A stretch of 64,000 nucleotides of DNA. It comes from Leucoraja erinacea (lineage: Eukaryota). The DNA lies in assembly GCF_028641065.1 (NCBI RefSeq), contig NC_073382.1, positions 8,804,001 through 8,868,000 on the forward strand. The letters run 5' to 3'. The position numbers and the translations under genes were made by a program. Below, in pieces: positions 62,429 to 64,000 of this stretch (positions are counted from its first letter, which is position 1; each line of letters starts with the position of its first letter). Under the pieces are notes generated by a model. That model was not told the DNA's origin and did not search any database. It saw only the letters and a program-made list of their open reading frames with translations.

Positions 62429-62701
62429 AAATGAAATGAAATGAAATGATTCAATTAATTGTCATTGTCAGTGTACAGTACAGAGACAACGAAATGCATG
62501 TTTAGCATCTCCCTTGAAAGGGAGCCACAGGGCGTCGCGGTGTGCCCGCGCCTGCCGCCGTAATCACAGTCCATTACACACAGGCAAAGGTGGGTGAAGT
62601 GTCTTGCCCAAGGACACAACGACAGTATGCACTCCAAGCGGGATTTGAACCGGCTACCTTCCGGTCGCCAGCCGAACTCTTAGCCCATTGTGCTATCTGT
62701 C
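62429..62701 (-). mobile_element. tRNA-derived SINE with a CORE-like block and (cattt)n tail
   Basis: Minus strand shows B-box ggttcaaatcc and CORE-like gtccttgggcaagacacttcacc. 10-bp TSD taaatgtaag (62419-62428, 62702-62711). Confidence 0.8.
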
Positions 62702-62729
62702 TAAATGTAAGCATTGCTTGCTGATGACA

Positions 62730-64000
62730 TAGATGCATAGATACATAGACAATATGTGCCGTAGGCCATTAATTCGGCACTTCGAGCCAGCACTGCCATT
62801 CAATGTGATCATGGCTGATCATCCACAATCAGTACACCGTACCTGCCTTCTCCCCATATCCCTTGATTCCGCTAGCCTAAGAGCTCTATCTAACTCTTTT
62901 AGACAATAGATAATAGGTGCAGGAGTAGGCCATTCGACCCTTCGAGCCAGCACCACCCTTCAATGTGATCATGGCTGATCATCCCCAATCAGTACCACGT
63001 TCCTGCCTTCTCCCCATATCCCCTGACTTTGCTATATTTGTGCCCTATCTAGCTCTCTCTTGAAAGCATCTAGAGAACCCGCCTCCACCGCCCTCTGAGG
63101 CAGAGAATTCCACAGACGCAATACGCTCTGTGAGAAAAAGTATTTCCTCGTCTCCATTCTAAATGGCTTATTCTTAAACTGTGGCCCCTGGTTCTGGACT
63201 CCCCCAACATCAGGAACAAGTTTCCTGCCTCTAGCGTGTCCAAACCCTTAACAATCTTATATGTTTCAATGAGATACCCTCTCATCCTCCTAAACTCCAG
63301 AGTGTACAAGCCCAGCTGCTCCCTTCTCTCAGCATATGACAGTCCCGCCATCCCAGAAATTAACCTTGTAAACCTACGCTGCACTCCCACAATAGCAAGA
63401 ATGTCCTTCCTCAAATTAGGGGACCAAAACTGCTCACAATACCCCAGGTATGGTCTCACTAGGGCTCTGTACAACTGCAGAAGGACCTCTTTGCTCCTAT
63501 ATTCGATTCCTCGTGTTATAAAGGCCAACATGCCATTCGCTTTCATCACTGCCTGCTCTACCTGCATGCTTACTTTCATAGACTGATGTACAAGGACCCC
63601 CAGATACCGTTGTACTTCCCCTTTTCCCAACTTGATGCCATTTAGATAGTAATCTGCCTTCCTGTTTTTGCTACCAAAGTGGATAACCTCACATTTATCC
63701 GCATTAAACTTCATCTGCCATGCATCTGCCCACTCCCCTAACCTGTCCAAGTCACCCTGCATTCTCATAGCATCCTCCTCACAGTTCACACTGCCACCCA
63801 GCTTTGTGTCATCTGCAAATTTGTTAATGTTACTTTGAATCCCTTCATCCAAATCATTGATATATTTGGAAATAGCTGCGGTCCCAGCACCGAGCCTTGT
63901 GGTACCCCACTAGTCACTGCCTGCCATTCTGAAAGGGACCCGTTAATCCTTACTCTTTGTTTCCTGTCTGCCAACCACTTCTCTATCCATGTCAGCACTC
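62730..64000 (-). mobile_element. CR1 RT/3' region with a second tandem 3' tail (62730-62900)
   Basis: 260-aa [19 protein letters not shown]..; runs off the window edge. Confidence 0.95.

Overview
Vertebrate genomic DNA, most likely a cartilaginous fish (inferred from HE1/V-SINE-like and CR1/HER1-like repeats). It carries two head-to-head genes, identified by hand-splicing and from memory of the human proteins. PPME1 is on the minus strand (coding exons 1-7, 23223 down to 980; the gene continues off the left edge). C2CD3 is on the plus strand (coding exons 1-9, 31944-62315; it continues off the right edge). All 16 exons join in frame. The rest is mostly retroelement debris (CR1, L2, Rex1/Babar-like, RTE-like, Penelope, SINEs, one solo LTR) and DNA-transposon derivatives, and most entries in the ORF track come from these. 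Main observations: (1) a C2CD3 promoter with 16 inverted CCAAT boxes at a modal 33-bp spacing, followed by a textbook CDE/CHR; (2) a separate PPME1 promoter about 8 kb away with two ZNF143-type motifs and an X-box; (3) two decayed, homologous reading frames of unknown origin between the genes; (4) an AT-AC minor-spliceosome intron in PPME1; (5) a ~3 kb composite hAT-like element present twice; (6) many Penelope-derived minimal hammerhead cores. Exon coordinates were counted exactly; most repeat boundaries are approximate. No database searches were run.
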